This document shows positions 39,624 through 51,334 of a stretch of 53,360 nt of DNA, one piece after another. Position 1 is the stretch's first letter. Each line of letters opens with the position of its first letter. The notes under the pieces were generated by a model that worked only from the letters and a program-made list of their open reading frames with translations, did not search any database and had not been told where the DNA came from. The position numbers and the translations under genes were made by a program. Origin of the DNA: Octopus bimaculoides (lineage: Eukaryota); NCBI RefSeq assembly GCF_001194135.2, contig NC_068986.1, forward strand, positions 47,397,158 to 47,450,517. The letters run 5' to 3'.

Positions 39624-40827
39624 CTAAGACGTCGCACAGTATCCAATATCGTGATGTTGTTGATTGAAGATATTGTGTTTACCGGGGGTTTGTACTGTGT
39701 CAAATTACAACGAGGACCTCAGACAGACAGTACTTTACGCAATATGCGTGAAGTTCCAAGTAATTCCGATTTTTGCAACACACCTAGATCGTAGGGTATT
39801 TCTAAAGTTTCCAGATGTTTTTTTTTTTTCAGATTGGGTGGTATTGAACGCAATGCTCCGATGACTATAGGGACAACCTTTATGTTTAACTATCGTAGCT
39901 GCCACATATTAGTGATCTCAATTCTCAGGTCTCCATGTTTATCGATCTTTTCTCTTTCTTTCATGATATGTTGATCCCCTGGCACTGCCGCATCGATTAT
40001 TAGGCACCCTTGTTTTGTCCCTTCTAAAGATTACTATATCCGGCCTTCGGTGCTCTAACAGTCTGTTTGGAAGTCAAAGTCCCAGAGGATTTTCGCCTTC
40101 CCCTATTTGTCCATTACCTTTTCCAGTGTATGTTGGTACCATTCACCCGTTAACACGTATCTATACTTCCAGCATAGTAGCCAGAGAAGGTTCTGCGCTA
40201 CCATGTGTCTGCGCTTGTACTCTCTCTGTGCAATACTTTCGCAGGCACTAAGAATGTGAGTCAATCTTTCGATCCTCTTCCCACACATTTTACAGAGGTT
40301 CGTTGCACTTGTGTGGTATGTATCCGTTTTCACTGAGTTGATATTCAATGCATGATCCCGGGTAGCGATGATTAGGCTTTCAGTATTCTCTTTTAGGTCC
40401 CCTTGCCGAGCCACCTTCATGATGCTTCCTGGTCTTTTAAGTTGTTAGTTTCACGGTGGAACTGACCATGTAATTCCATGCAGAGTAGGGTTTCTTTCTC
40501 GTTGGCTGTCCATGATTGGAATTCATGAGCACTCTGAAGTCCAATTTTGGTAAATTCTTCTGCAATATCAGTATACTGTAGCAGGTCTTGTTTGTTATTT
40601 ACCAAATATTCTGCCACGTTTCTTCTTTCACTGTTGATGCACTTCCGTACGCTAATCAGCCCACGTCCACCTTTACCGCACTTCATGTAGAGCCTGAGTA
40701 CATTCGCTTTAGGGTGGAGATCACCATGCATTGTCATTGTCTTTCGGGTAGTGCGATCGAGTTGGTAAATCTCCGCTTATGTCCACTTCAGGATGGATGC
40801 AGTATAGCGGACTACAGCAACAGCCCA
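39624..40827 (-). mobile_element. 5'-truncated R4/Dong-like non-LTR retrotransposon (thumb, CCHC finger, restriction-like endonuclease), decayed
   Basis: Minus-strand translation: WAVAVVRYTASILKWT, LHPKANVLRLY..GKGGRGL, LHGQF, CKMC..IERLTHILSAC..AQREYKRRH, KILWDFDFQTD, HRRPDIV, CLIIDAAVPGD, KEREKIDKHGDL, VVPIVIGAL, LGTSRILRKVLSV* (stop ~39719). Both ends abut (TAA)n. Confidence 0.92.
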
Positions 40828-40861
<34 letters not shown>

Positions 40862-41928
40862 TCGTTTAAGTTAACACAAATGAAACTTTTGCTAATTATA
40901 GAAATTCCTTAGACCGACTTTTAATTGAATCCACTAAGATGAACCATTTCGTTTTAATATTTAACAGTAGTTATATTCCAATTTAAATAATTTAAAATTT
41001 TGATCGAGCCAGCGTTGGCGTAGTTTCCAAGATAGAAACTGATAGGTAAGAAAAAGCTATCAAGCGTTTACTAAATGGATGCATAGGAATTCATGGAAAA
41101 GTGAGGTGTATATTGAAGAGCCATTTTTCAATAATCTGGTTATGTTCGGATAAACTACGTTATAAATCATAAATCAGTTATTCAGATTTGGGAGGTTATC
41201 AAATTTTAAGGGCAGGGATATGTTAATTACTAACCCCAGTGTTCAACTGGTACTTATTTTATCGACTACAGAAGGATGAAAGGTAAAGCTGACCCCAGCA
41301 AAATTTTGAACTCAAAATGTGAAAACCCCAAAATGATTGTAATGATTGCTTCGAATTTTGGCTCAAGGCTAATAATTGAGGAGGGGTAGTCAGTCGATTA
41401 CATCGACCTCAGTACTCAACTGGTACTTTATTTTCTCAACCCGGAAGGATGAAAGGCAAAGTTGATCTTGGTGGAATTTCCATTTCCGTCATAATGTATG
41501 AATAATTCTTTCTAATATAGGCAGAAGGCCTGAAATCTTAGGGAAGAGGGCTTGTCGATTATATCGAACCCCATGCTAAACTGGTACTTGTTTTATCGAC
41601 CCTAAATAATGAATGGCAAAGTAGACCTCGGCGACCCAGAACGCAAAGACAGACAAAGTGCAAAGACAGACGATATGTGCATTTCTGATCAAGAGCAGGA
41701 GTAGTGGAGAAGTATCATAGCCACATTTGAGAGGTATTCTTTGTGGTTTGGATAATTCACCTCTCGAAAGATGGGTGCTTCGTTCATCAGCCACAACAAC
41801 ACTTATTCAGGGTTCTTTTGAGCAGGTGGGCTATTAGACCCAAAGAAAATTCTAATTGAGCCAAACTTGGGTTTTAACAGAGTGATTATAAGGTTTCTAT
41901 CTGGAATTAAAATCTCTATTCCTTTAGT

Positions 41929-41971
<43 letters not shown>

Positions 41972-43400
41972 CTTGAGAAGTGCGAACGTACGAAACTCTC
42001 GGCCTTTGAGTCACTGTTGATTCTGTTAAACATTAATAGCACACACACACATTGTGAATGCGTATGCAAGTGTTTGGAAAGGTAATTGACTGAGAAAGAA
42101 AAATGGTTTGGAAGGAGGATTTTGAGAATCATAGTTTTATAATTGAAGAGGAAGACGACTCAGAAAATTAAAAGCAGGAGAAAAAGAATATCTGTGATTT
42201 TAAAACACAGATACATCAGGAAAATGACAGAGGCGGGCGAATAGAAAAACAAGCCACCAACAGCACCAGAACTGCTATAACAATCTCTGTTATCACTATC
42301 AACGAATGAAATAATAGCAAGAACATTCTATTTCTTCATTTATGTCTTTCGTTATTTTTATTTTGTTGTGCTTTGATATGCAAATTCAAACTTTTCTTTT
42401 ATTTGTCTGTTTGTCTATAGTTTTTGAAACAACCTGAAGCTATATTGTAATCTTGGATCATCCAAAGAGGCTTTGTGACAACCGACATGAAATGTCTCTG
42501 TTCAATAGTAATACCTGAGGCCAGCATTGTAATCTCAGTAAAGAATTGTCTCTAAGAAAACTTGGCAAAATCCCCATTGTACAGGCACATTGATACAATG
42601 GAATCCAAAGAACATTATTTAAAACAAACTGAGTTGGTGTTTGCCTTCCGGTCAATTTTGCTTGACTTCTATTGAAAGAAAACAGGATCAGTGGCATCGA
42701 CGATTACTATTATAAGAATAATGAAATGAAAGAACATCGAAATAAAAAGAATAACGAGATAAAAAATTGACGAAATGATGTGCACAACAAAACAAAATCG
42801 AAAATACTAAAACAAATTTATGAAATATGAGCGTAAGAGTCTCTTTTTGAAATTAAATAACAAAACACAATTTCTCAGCTGTTTACTACTTGTATTATTG
42901 AGTTTCTTTTTTTTTTTTTTTTCTCTCTTTTCAAATAAAATAATTGTTACTGTTACCAAATTGTTCTGCTACACTACAAACTAGTTCGATTCTGCAAGTA
43001 TGTTTAGAACCACAGAATTTTTCCATATTTTCTTGTACAATACATCCTAAGTCTTTGATATAGGATGGGTTCTTTATCGTATAACAATAATACAAGTCCT
43101 TTTTATAAAGCTTATAGGTTCCACCGCTATAATTGCTGTGCAAAACCAATTCCTCCATCAAGGAATTAACTTCAACAAACATTGCCTCTACAAATTCATT
43201 AATTCCATTACACATTGGCTCAAGTAAGCTTTATTAAGTTGTGATTTGTAATGCGTTTGATCATAAAGTAGCTTAAACAAGATTGAGCTGGGTTAAATAA
43301 CAAGATCGACAAAAGCCATTTAGATATTTTACAGAAATTCTGTACAGGTACAGATTCAGTTACACCTGACGATAATCTTATAATAATTCTGCTTGTCAGT

Positions 43401-43573
43401 CCGTTACTTAGCCTGTCCGTAACGCTTCCACGTGATTAGTTGAAACTGGGAGGGTGTGGGGAGGGAAAGGGGAGGGAGTGGTGGTGATGAATGAAATGTA
43501 TAACTTTTTTTAACCAAGTTCTTTTTCTCCGTTACTTAACCCGTTTGTAACGCTTCCACGTGATTAGTTGAAA
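43401..43573 (+). repeat. Two 45-bp direct repeats (41/45 identical) around a G-rich spacer
   Basis: ccgttactta.cc.gt..gtaacgcttccacgtgattagttgaaa at 43401-43445 and 43529-43573. Confidence 0.9.
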
Positions 43574-44029
43574 GGAAAAGCGAAGAGCAAAAGAAAAAAG
43601 GAAAGAGAAAAGGAGGGTATGGCAAAGAGTGAGAAAGAAGGAGGGTGAATGTTGTGTATTAATTCTATAAGATTGTGCATAAAGTATATAAAGTGCATTA
43701 AGTAATCATCGTATTCCAATTTCCTCCACTTTTCAATGAGTAGCAGATGAACGACTATCTTTCCATACAGACACAACTCAGGTATGCATTCAGGCTTTCC
43801 GGATAAAGTTTTCAAAAATAGCCCAATAAGTTTACCATTAATTCCGTGAAATATTCACGGGTCCCACTAGTAACTATTATGTAGTAAAATTAAGTAAAAT
43901 TAGTAATTATGATTAAATCAATAACTAAGATTAAGACAATTTCCATGATTAAGACAATAACTAGGTTTAAGACTAGGATTAAGATAAAAATTAGAAGTAA
44001 GGCAATAAATATGATTAAGACAAAAACTG

Positions 44030-44250
44030 GCACTCCATCAATTACGACGAAGATTGTACCGGAGATTTAGCGTAACACAGTGTGTAACAAGGTTGGTCCT
44101 TTGAATTACAGATAGTACTCATTTTTTCCAGCTCAGTGGACTGGAGCAACGTGAAATAAAGTGTCAGGCTCAAAAACAATATGCGCCGCCAGGAATCGAA
44201 CTCATGACCTTATTGTGGGCTGACTACCTTAACTACTAAGCCACACAAAA
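44030..44250 (-). mobile_element. tRNA-derived SINE of a further family; relative at ~13960-14170
   Basis: Minus strand begins gtgtggcttagtagttaagg...gagttcgattcctggcggcg (box A and box B-like); body ...ggagcaacgtgaaataaagtgtc is similar to 14050-14170. Confidence 0.65.
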
Positions 44251-44795
44251 TATTAGGATTAAGACCACAGCTATGTATAATGACCGATCAATAACTTTGT
44301 AAATAAACTTTAAAGAAATAACATTGAAAAAATGTTCTTTACTGCAAGACATTTGGTGTTCAAATAAGAATGATCAAAGGAAGAAAAAATAGCATACTCC
44401 TGCCAAAAAGACGTTTACCTATAACTATACAGGAATTCTATGAGGAACACCGCAGAGATGTTAGCAACAGACAAAATATCAAGCATGAACTTCTCTGAAA
44501 ATGCATTTGATCATACAGAATAACAATAATCTTTTCTGCCATAGGCACAAGTTCTGAAATTTTAGGGAAGGGAAATGGTTGATTAAATTGAACCAAATAC
44601 TCAACTGGTACTTATTTTAACAATTCCAAAAGGTTGAACGGCAAAGTCGACCTCAGGGGGAATTTGAACTTAGAACGCAAAGCTAGAAGAAATTCTGTTA
44701 AGCAGCTTGTCTGGTACCTTAACAGTTCTGCTAGATCACCGCCTCATTAATAATAATAACAACAACAACAATAATAAATAATAATAATAATGATA

Positions 44796-44831
<36 letters not shown>

Positions 44832-44832
<1 letters not shown>

Positions 44833-45374
44833 GCTCTGATGCAGTACCAGGCAGTGGCTCTCATGGCTTCTGATCTTAATTGATTGGAAGTGTTATGCAC
44901 ATTGTTTTCTCTTGGTACAAAAGATGGGCTACAGCAAATATTCTGCTTAATACCACATATTTGCTTGACCTTAACCAGTTGAGTATGTTCCTTGGTGGCT
45001 GACGATACGTGCATCTCTGATCATGAATAGAAGTAGTTGGGGAGCATCATAGCCATGTGTTGAGAGGGATTCTTTGGGGTTTGAATAATTCACCTTTGGA
45101 AATATGGGTGTTTTGCTCAACATTCCTAAACAAACCTTATTCAAGGACCTTTTGAGCAGGATGGGCTACTCGACCTGAAGAAAATTTCAACTGGGCCCCA
45201 CCTGCGAGGTCATGCGCTGTTTATCTTGATATGAGATCACCATGTCGCGCACATATATGGTTGCGATGCATGTGCCTGGTGTACCCTTATCAGACGGGTA
45301 GTCATGATGGATATAATGGGTTTCGTATATTTTACTCCAGTGTCACTTTGATGACATGCACTGCTCTCTCACTC

Positions 45375-45375
<1 letters not shown>
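44832..45375. mobile_element. ~540-bp non-coding interspersed repeat embedded in (TAA)n; partial second copy at ~41665-41850
   Basis: (TAA)n on both sides (44745-44831, 45376-45416). Segment gtgcatctctgatc...agtag..gg.agcatcatagcc...ttgagagg..ttctttg.ggtttg.ataattcacct is shared with 41680-41850. Confidence 0.7.
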
Positions 45376-45417
<42 letters not shown>

Positions 45418-45800
45418 GAAAGTTCGCCTCTTGGAGTCAGGAAAGGTTTTAAGCACTTGAAAGACTATACAAATCTTGTGGATACCTAAAGTTACAGACA
45501 GTAACCCGCTATCTACATAAATTCTACTGGGAATAACAACGAACCTGAGTCAAATCAATAATAATAATAATGATTTCACATTTTGACACAAGGCCAGCAA
45601 TTTTAGGGGTTGGGTAAATCAATTAAATTAACCCCAGTGCTTAACTGGCACTTATTTTATCGACCTCAAAAGGATGGACGGTAATGTCGACCTCGGCGGA
45701 ATTTGAACTCAGAACGTATAGATGGACGAAATACCGCTAAGCATTTTGTCCGGCGCAGTAACGGTTCTACCAGATCGCCGCCTCAACAACAACAACAGTG

Positions 45801-45854
<54 letters not shown>

Positions 45855-46206
45855 AAACGGTTGAAATTGTGATGTTTTTGTTGCCGAATATTCACCTTCG
45901 TAAAAGTTTAGAACTTGCTTACAAATTCACTATCAAAAATAAAGATTATTTATGTCAGAAAGACGGTGGTATTTCTTACTGTTAACAGTTTTCGAGAGAT
46001 TGGAATTTGGAGCAATAGGTTGATAGTTGACAGAGTTGGAGAGGTTTGTTCTTTTGAGGATGGAACACACGTTATCCATTGACTGTCGTAGATGACCATA
46101 GATAGGTAGGTAGGTAGACAGTTATGTAAGTAGGCAGATAAATAGATAGATAGATAGATAGATAAATACACAGACAGAGGGATAAATGAATACATACATG
46201 CAAACG

Positions 46207-46237
<31 letters not shown>

Positions 46238-46420
46238 CTCTTACTTGTTTCAGTCATTTGACTGTGGCCATGCAAATCAACCCCGGGACTTATTCTTTGT
46301 AAGCCCAGTACTTATTCTATCGGTCTCTTTTGCCAAACAGCTAAGTGACGGGGACATAAACACACCAGCATTGGTTGTCAAGCAACGCTAGGGGGACAAA
46401 CACAGACACACAAACACACA

Positions 46421-46464
<44 letters not shown>

Positions 46465-46983
46465 NNNNNNNNNNNNNNNNNNNNNNNNNNNNNNNNNNNN
46501 NNNNNNNNNNNNNNNNNNNNNNNNNNNNNNNNNNNNNNNNNNNNNNNNNNNNNNNNNNNNNNNNNNNNNNNNNNNNNNNNNNNNNNNNNNNNNNNNNNNN
46601 NNNNNNNNNNNNNNNNNNNNNNNNNNNNNNNNNNNNNNNNNNNNNNNNNNNNNNNNNNNNNNNNNNNNNNNNNNNNNNNNNNNNNNNNNNNNNNNNNNNN
46701 NNNNNNNNNNNNNNNNNNNNNNNNNNNNNNNNNNNNNNNNNNNNNNNNNNNNNNNNNNNNNNNNNNNNNNNNNNNNNNNNNNNNNNNNNNNNNNNNNNNN
46801 NNNNNNNNNNNNNNNNNNNNNNNNNNNNNNTATATATATACATATATATATACATATACACACACATATATATGTATATATGCATACACACACACACACA
46901 CACATATTGTGTTTATTAAATAATATTTATCTTTCACCAGATGGAGTACTTTTTATTGATCTTACCATCACAAAACAGTACAC

Positions 46984-47022
<39 letters not shown>

Positions 47023-47293
47023 GAAGAAATTGGAATCAACAAGGAGTACGGTTGGACGTCAAACTGTATCCCATCTTGTTGACTTCAATTTCTTCAATTT
47101 TATATTCACACACGACGAATGCCCAAATGCAAACTTGGAAGTATGTATACTACTACTACTACTACTGCTGCTGCTGCTACTACTACTACTGGATAGCACA
47201 GGGTAATTCTGAAAGTGGACAAGTTTTATACTGTATTCTACTTCGTTCTTAACGGAATATACCATAACTATACACATATACACACACACATAT

Positions 47294-47340
<47 letters not shown>

Positions 47341-47879
47341 GAGAGAGATAGAAAGAGAGAAAGAGAGAGAGAGAGAAAGAGAGAGGAGGGGTTGAAGTGT
47401 TTTGTAAGGACAAGGGCTAGCTTGAATTACACAGAGGATGATAATGGGGTCATAGTCAAAATCTATCTTTTTATTGGGTTAAATTCACTAGAGACGTTTT
47501 GTACTTGGAGATTATAGCCGCGATGTCGGAATATAGTGGATAATCTGGACAAGAGAGATGAGTTATAAATAGAGGTTGAAACTGATGTTTCTTAGAGGGA
47601 CAATATATGTGGTTTTTGTGTTGCAAGAAGGTAATAAATGAAGTCGAAGTTGGCGCGAATTCCATGGACAATTGTGTATATCAAAGAAAATTGTCCAGTA
47701 GAGATATTTCTATTTGCTGTGAAGGCATTGAAATAATGCTATAAGAGAATGTTCTCTTGGGAGAAGAAAGGAAGAAACCGAAGCTCATGGGATGTTACTA
47801 ATAATACATCATTTTTCTGATTGGTTCAACTTGAAATCAATTACTCGAGTGATCTTTTTGATATCAGTTTTTGTTTCAG

Positions 47880-47973
47880 TTGGGGTACAGCTTACGAAGC
47901 AAGCGAGAAACATAATTATGCACCAATAGATAGGGCAGCCTACCAAAGCGTTATCTACAGTTTATACTATCAG
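47880..47973 (+). CDS. Candidate exon, product unknown
   Basis: Acceptor tcagtttttgtttcag|; open frame WGTAYEASEKHNYAPIDRAAYQSVIYSLYYQ; weak donor CAG|gtgtag, or read-through to V* as a last exon. Confidence 0.35.
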
Positions 47974-48489
47974 GTGTAGGACATCCGTTAGTAAACGCTT
48001 CATTCGATAATTTCTCACAATCAATAACTCAATTTAGAGGAAGGTACATCTGAAAGCAGCGCGGAAGAAAATACTACTTTACATTCAAATTGAGTTTGAT
48101 CTGAATGTTTCCAAAAGTAAACGCCAAAGATTTTCTAGAACCAGATATCAATCAAGTCTGGCAGAATAGTCATAAGTCATGTTCTAGTGACAATTTTTTA
48201 TAACACAAAACGGAAAAAAATCAATGCAATGCTTCAAAAAAAGAATGGAAAATGGTCAATGGATAATAACTTAGCGGTTCGGCAAAAGAGGCCAATAGAA
48301 TAAGTACCAGACTTTAAAAAAGAAAAATTAGTACCCGACTTTAAAAAAAATTAAAACTGGGGTTTATGTGTTCGACTTAGTAGGCCAAGGCGGAACCCCA
48401 GCATGGCCGCAGTCCAATAGCTGTACAAGTAAAAGATAAAAGATAGATCAAATTAAATAGAATGGTTTTCAGAGTAAAGAAGGCTATCC

Positions 48490-48901
48490 ACGAGGTCTCT
48501 GAATGAATTCTGCTGGATGCTTTGAGGGGCTGAAGATAGTTTTAAAGCCCTGGTTGGATGAAGTGCGCAGTAGAAAGCTATACGTGTTTCAACACACATT
48601 TTCTCACAAGGCTCACACAACCCAAGAATGAATGTCAAACAATCTTTACTATAATATAATACCAAACGTGTGGCCTCCAAACTCGTAAGATTTAAATCCC
48701 ATGAACAAAATCTTTAGAGCGTCGCTGAAAGGGAGATTAATCGACAGCCTCACTGAAGGCCACCGGATGTCCAAAGTGTATAAGGACAATTTAGTGAAGG
48801 CATGTCAACAACTCCCGTCCACATCGAAGATAGGACAATTTAGTGAAGGCATGTCAACAACTCCCGTCCACATCGAAGATAAAGACGAGTTCATAAAATA
48901 A
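48490..48901 (+). mobile_element. Decayed Tc1/mariner DD37D (maT-like) transposase C-terminal fragment
   Basis: Translation PRGL*MNSAG..EGLKIVLKPWLDEV..RKLYVFQH..SHKAHTTQE*MSNN...WPPNS*DLNPM...KDNLVKAC...IEDKDEFIK*. Spacing from the (partly deleted) FQQD position to the DLNPxD position fits 37 residues. Confidence 0.85.
48783..48880 (+). repeat. Exact 49-bp tandem duplication inside the DD37D fragment
   Basis: aggacaatttagtgaaggcatgtcaacaactcccgtccacatcgaagat occurs at 48783-48831 and 48832-48880. Confidence 0.95.
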
Positions 48902-49011
48902 TCTTATAAGAAAGATTATCGAAAGCATGTGATATAAATATTTTTATTAAAATGCATTTTGATTTTTACTGGACTAGAGTTGTTTTGAACTACCAAATAT
49001 ATCTACAAGTA

Positions 49012-49042
<31 letters not shown>

Positions 49043-49381
49043 CTTTCTCTCTCTCTCCTACTTTCTCTCTCTCTCTCTCCCACTTTCTCTCTCTCTTTCC
49101 TCCCTCCTTCTCCCTCTTAATTAATCCAGCGAGAAAGGTATTAAAAATAACCGTTAATAGATATGCATGTATAAACGCCCTCGGGCAAACTGCATGGCAC
49201 GAGTACACTCGATCATTAGCAAAAATGTGAGAATACGCACACGTGAGGTTAAGCGCACTCATGATTACAAAGCGAGTTAGATATTTAGTAGGTGTTTAGA
49301 AGAACGGGGAGGTTTAAAGTTAAGTAAGTCATCCATACCTTAAAGTAAAATAAAATAAGATTATTCTAAGTTGACGGTTAC

Positions 49382-50850
49382 TCAAAATTCATTCTCACTG
49401 CATTGTGCGAAAATACATTTACATGCGTGTAGGCATCTCGATAGTCTTTCAGAAATTCTATTAAGTATCTTTTCGTTGGTCCACAGAATAGACAGGGATT
49501 CCTCGGAGCAGAGACGGCATCTCCTGGAAATTGCACTGTATGGTTTTGCATGTCTAACTATGGACCAAGTAATGTAGTATGACGTATTAGCCTCCTTCAG
49601 ACGCCATATAAAATCTGTCAAAGATATCGAATGTCTCTTATTGATTGACCTAAAGCCAGCAACTTAATTATGATAACGATTCTTATATGAATCAGCCGTC
49701 TGACCAATGTAAAAAATAGGGCCCTTCCCTGGTATGCACGGTACATTTATATACATGATTTGTACTTATACAGAGATTCATCAAAGGACATTTTGATTTA
49801 TCTCTGCATGAGCATTTATCGTTTTTATTTGTATATAAAGCAGTCCTGACTCCATTTACCAGCATTGTTATCGTGTTAGCTGTACCGTGATTATTTCTAC
49901 TACTACAAATTGGTCGAAGTTGATGATTATCAATGCGGTTTACATCTCCTTGGTTGGCATTTAGATGTAAGTACTTGCTAGATCCAGTAGATAGGCTGTT
50001 GAACCTTTGTCGCATTTTGCTATTGTTTATGCGATGCATAAGATTGCTCCAAATTAGCAGAGTTAGCGTAGGATACCTTCACGGTGTGCAGATTAAAGAT
50101 AGCATGGTACCGATTGGATTTAAGAAAACATTTGTCAAAAGCAGCAAAAGATTTTCCAGCGATCCTGGTTGAAACATGCAAACCGAAAATTGGGTTGAAC
50201 CAGAGGACATCCTGATTCCTATATCTGTTGTTAGATTTATTTGATCTAGTGTGTTGTACAGGATTGGAACAAGCAGATGAATTACTATGTCGCATGTGTC
50301 TATGAGTTTTCTTTGGTAGATCATTGACATGACCAGTTCCTTCTAGCCTGTATTCTTTATCCGAGTGATTTCTCAAATGGTAACGTTGTGGTAGTATACG
50401 ATGTGTGTCGCAGTTGTAGGAATTACCAGTGTTGCTTAAGCCTGCATTTTGTATATATTGAATTCTATCACGGTACCCAGCCTTAGCTAGAGCATCATTA
50501 TGATAAGATGAATGAAATTTAAAAATTTTACTGGTAGCAGATAATCTAGAAATTCTAGTAGAAATATTCTTAACTAGACCCCGTATAATCGAGGGTGGAT
50601 GGTTGGATGCTACGTTAAAGTACTTAATATGATCATTCGGTTTATGAAATGGTTGGAGTAATCCAAAATCAAAACAGAAGGTAGCGTCAAGAAAATTCAC
50701 TCTACGATAATCCTTACCTATAGTAATATTTAGTCCTAAATTTTTGAAAAGTCTACAGAAATTTTTCTTATGCCTTTCTAACTGTACTTTACTACTTCTG
50801 TCTAGAAAAAATAAGGCGTCATCCTTATATAGGAAAGGAAGACTGGATTA
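49382..50850 (-). mobile_element. 5'-truncated Penelope-like element (RT C-terminal half plus GIY-YIG endonuclease), probably Naiad-type
   Basis: One frame is open from LYKDDAL (50818-50829, YRDD-like) through GLNITI..VNFLDAT, KPND..SNHPP and WFNP. A frameshift near 50030 leads to CSCRDKSKCPLMNLC and VYKC. A homopolymer frameshift (~49715) restores FYIGQT; then one TAA, LTDFIWRLK, CRLC.EE and RCLH..K. PLE call is firm; the Naiad assignment is from recalled motifs. Confidence 0.9.
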
Positions 50851-50938
50851 ATGAAAGGATATATATATATATATATTATGAGAGTGACTTTATGTTCGTA
50901 AATATGCGCGTGTGATTGCAAGTGCATATCATTTATAA

Positions 50939-50993
<55 letters not shown>

Positions 50994-51174
50994 NNNNNNN
51001 NNNNNNNNNNNNNNNNNNNNNNNNNNNNNNNNNNNNNNNNNNNNNNNNNNNNNNNNNNNNNNNNNNNNNNNNNNNNNNNNNNNNNNNNNNNNNNNNNNNN
51101 NNNNNNNNNNNNNNNNNNNNNNNNNNNNNNNNNNNNNNNNNNNNNNNNNNNNNNNNNNNNNNNNNNNNNNNNNN

Positions 51175-51211
<37 letters not shown>

Positions 51212-51334
51212 AATATATTATGTGTGTGCGTATGTATGTATGTATACATATGCACACAAATATACATACATACTTACATAAACAGACACATGTGTAGAAG
51301 AGAGCTTGTACATAAGCACCTCTAGAAATGTACA

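Noticed and set aside
43771-43781. 11-nt micro-exon (ctttccatacag|acacaactcag|gtatgc)
   Set aside because: Good signals but frame-shifting, isolated and plausible by chance in 53 kb of AT-rich DNA.
49600-49830. Selenocysteine recoding in the Naiad-like PLE
   Set aside because: All conserved Cys positions are TGC/TGT. The TGA ending ORF 49692-50039 is out of frame after a homopolymer frameshift, and the in-frame stop is TAA.
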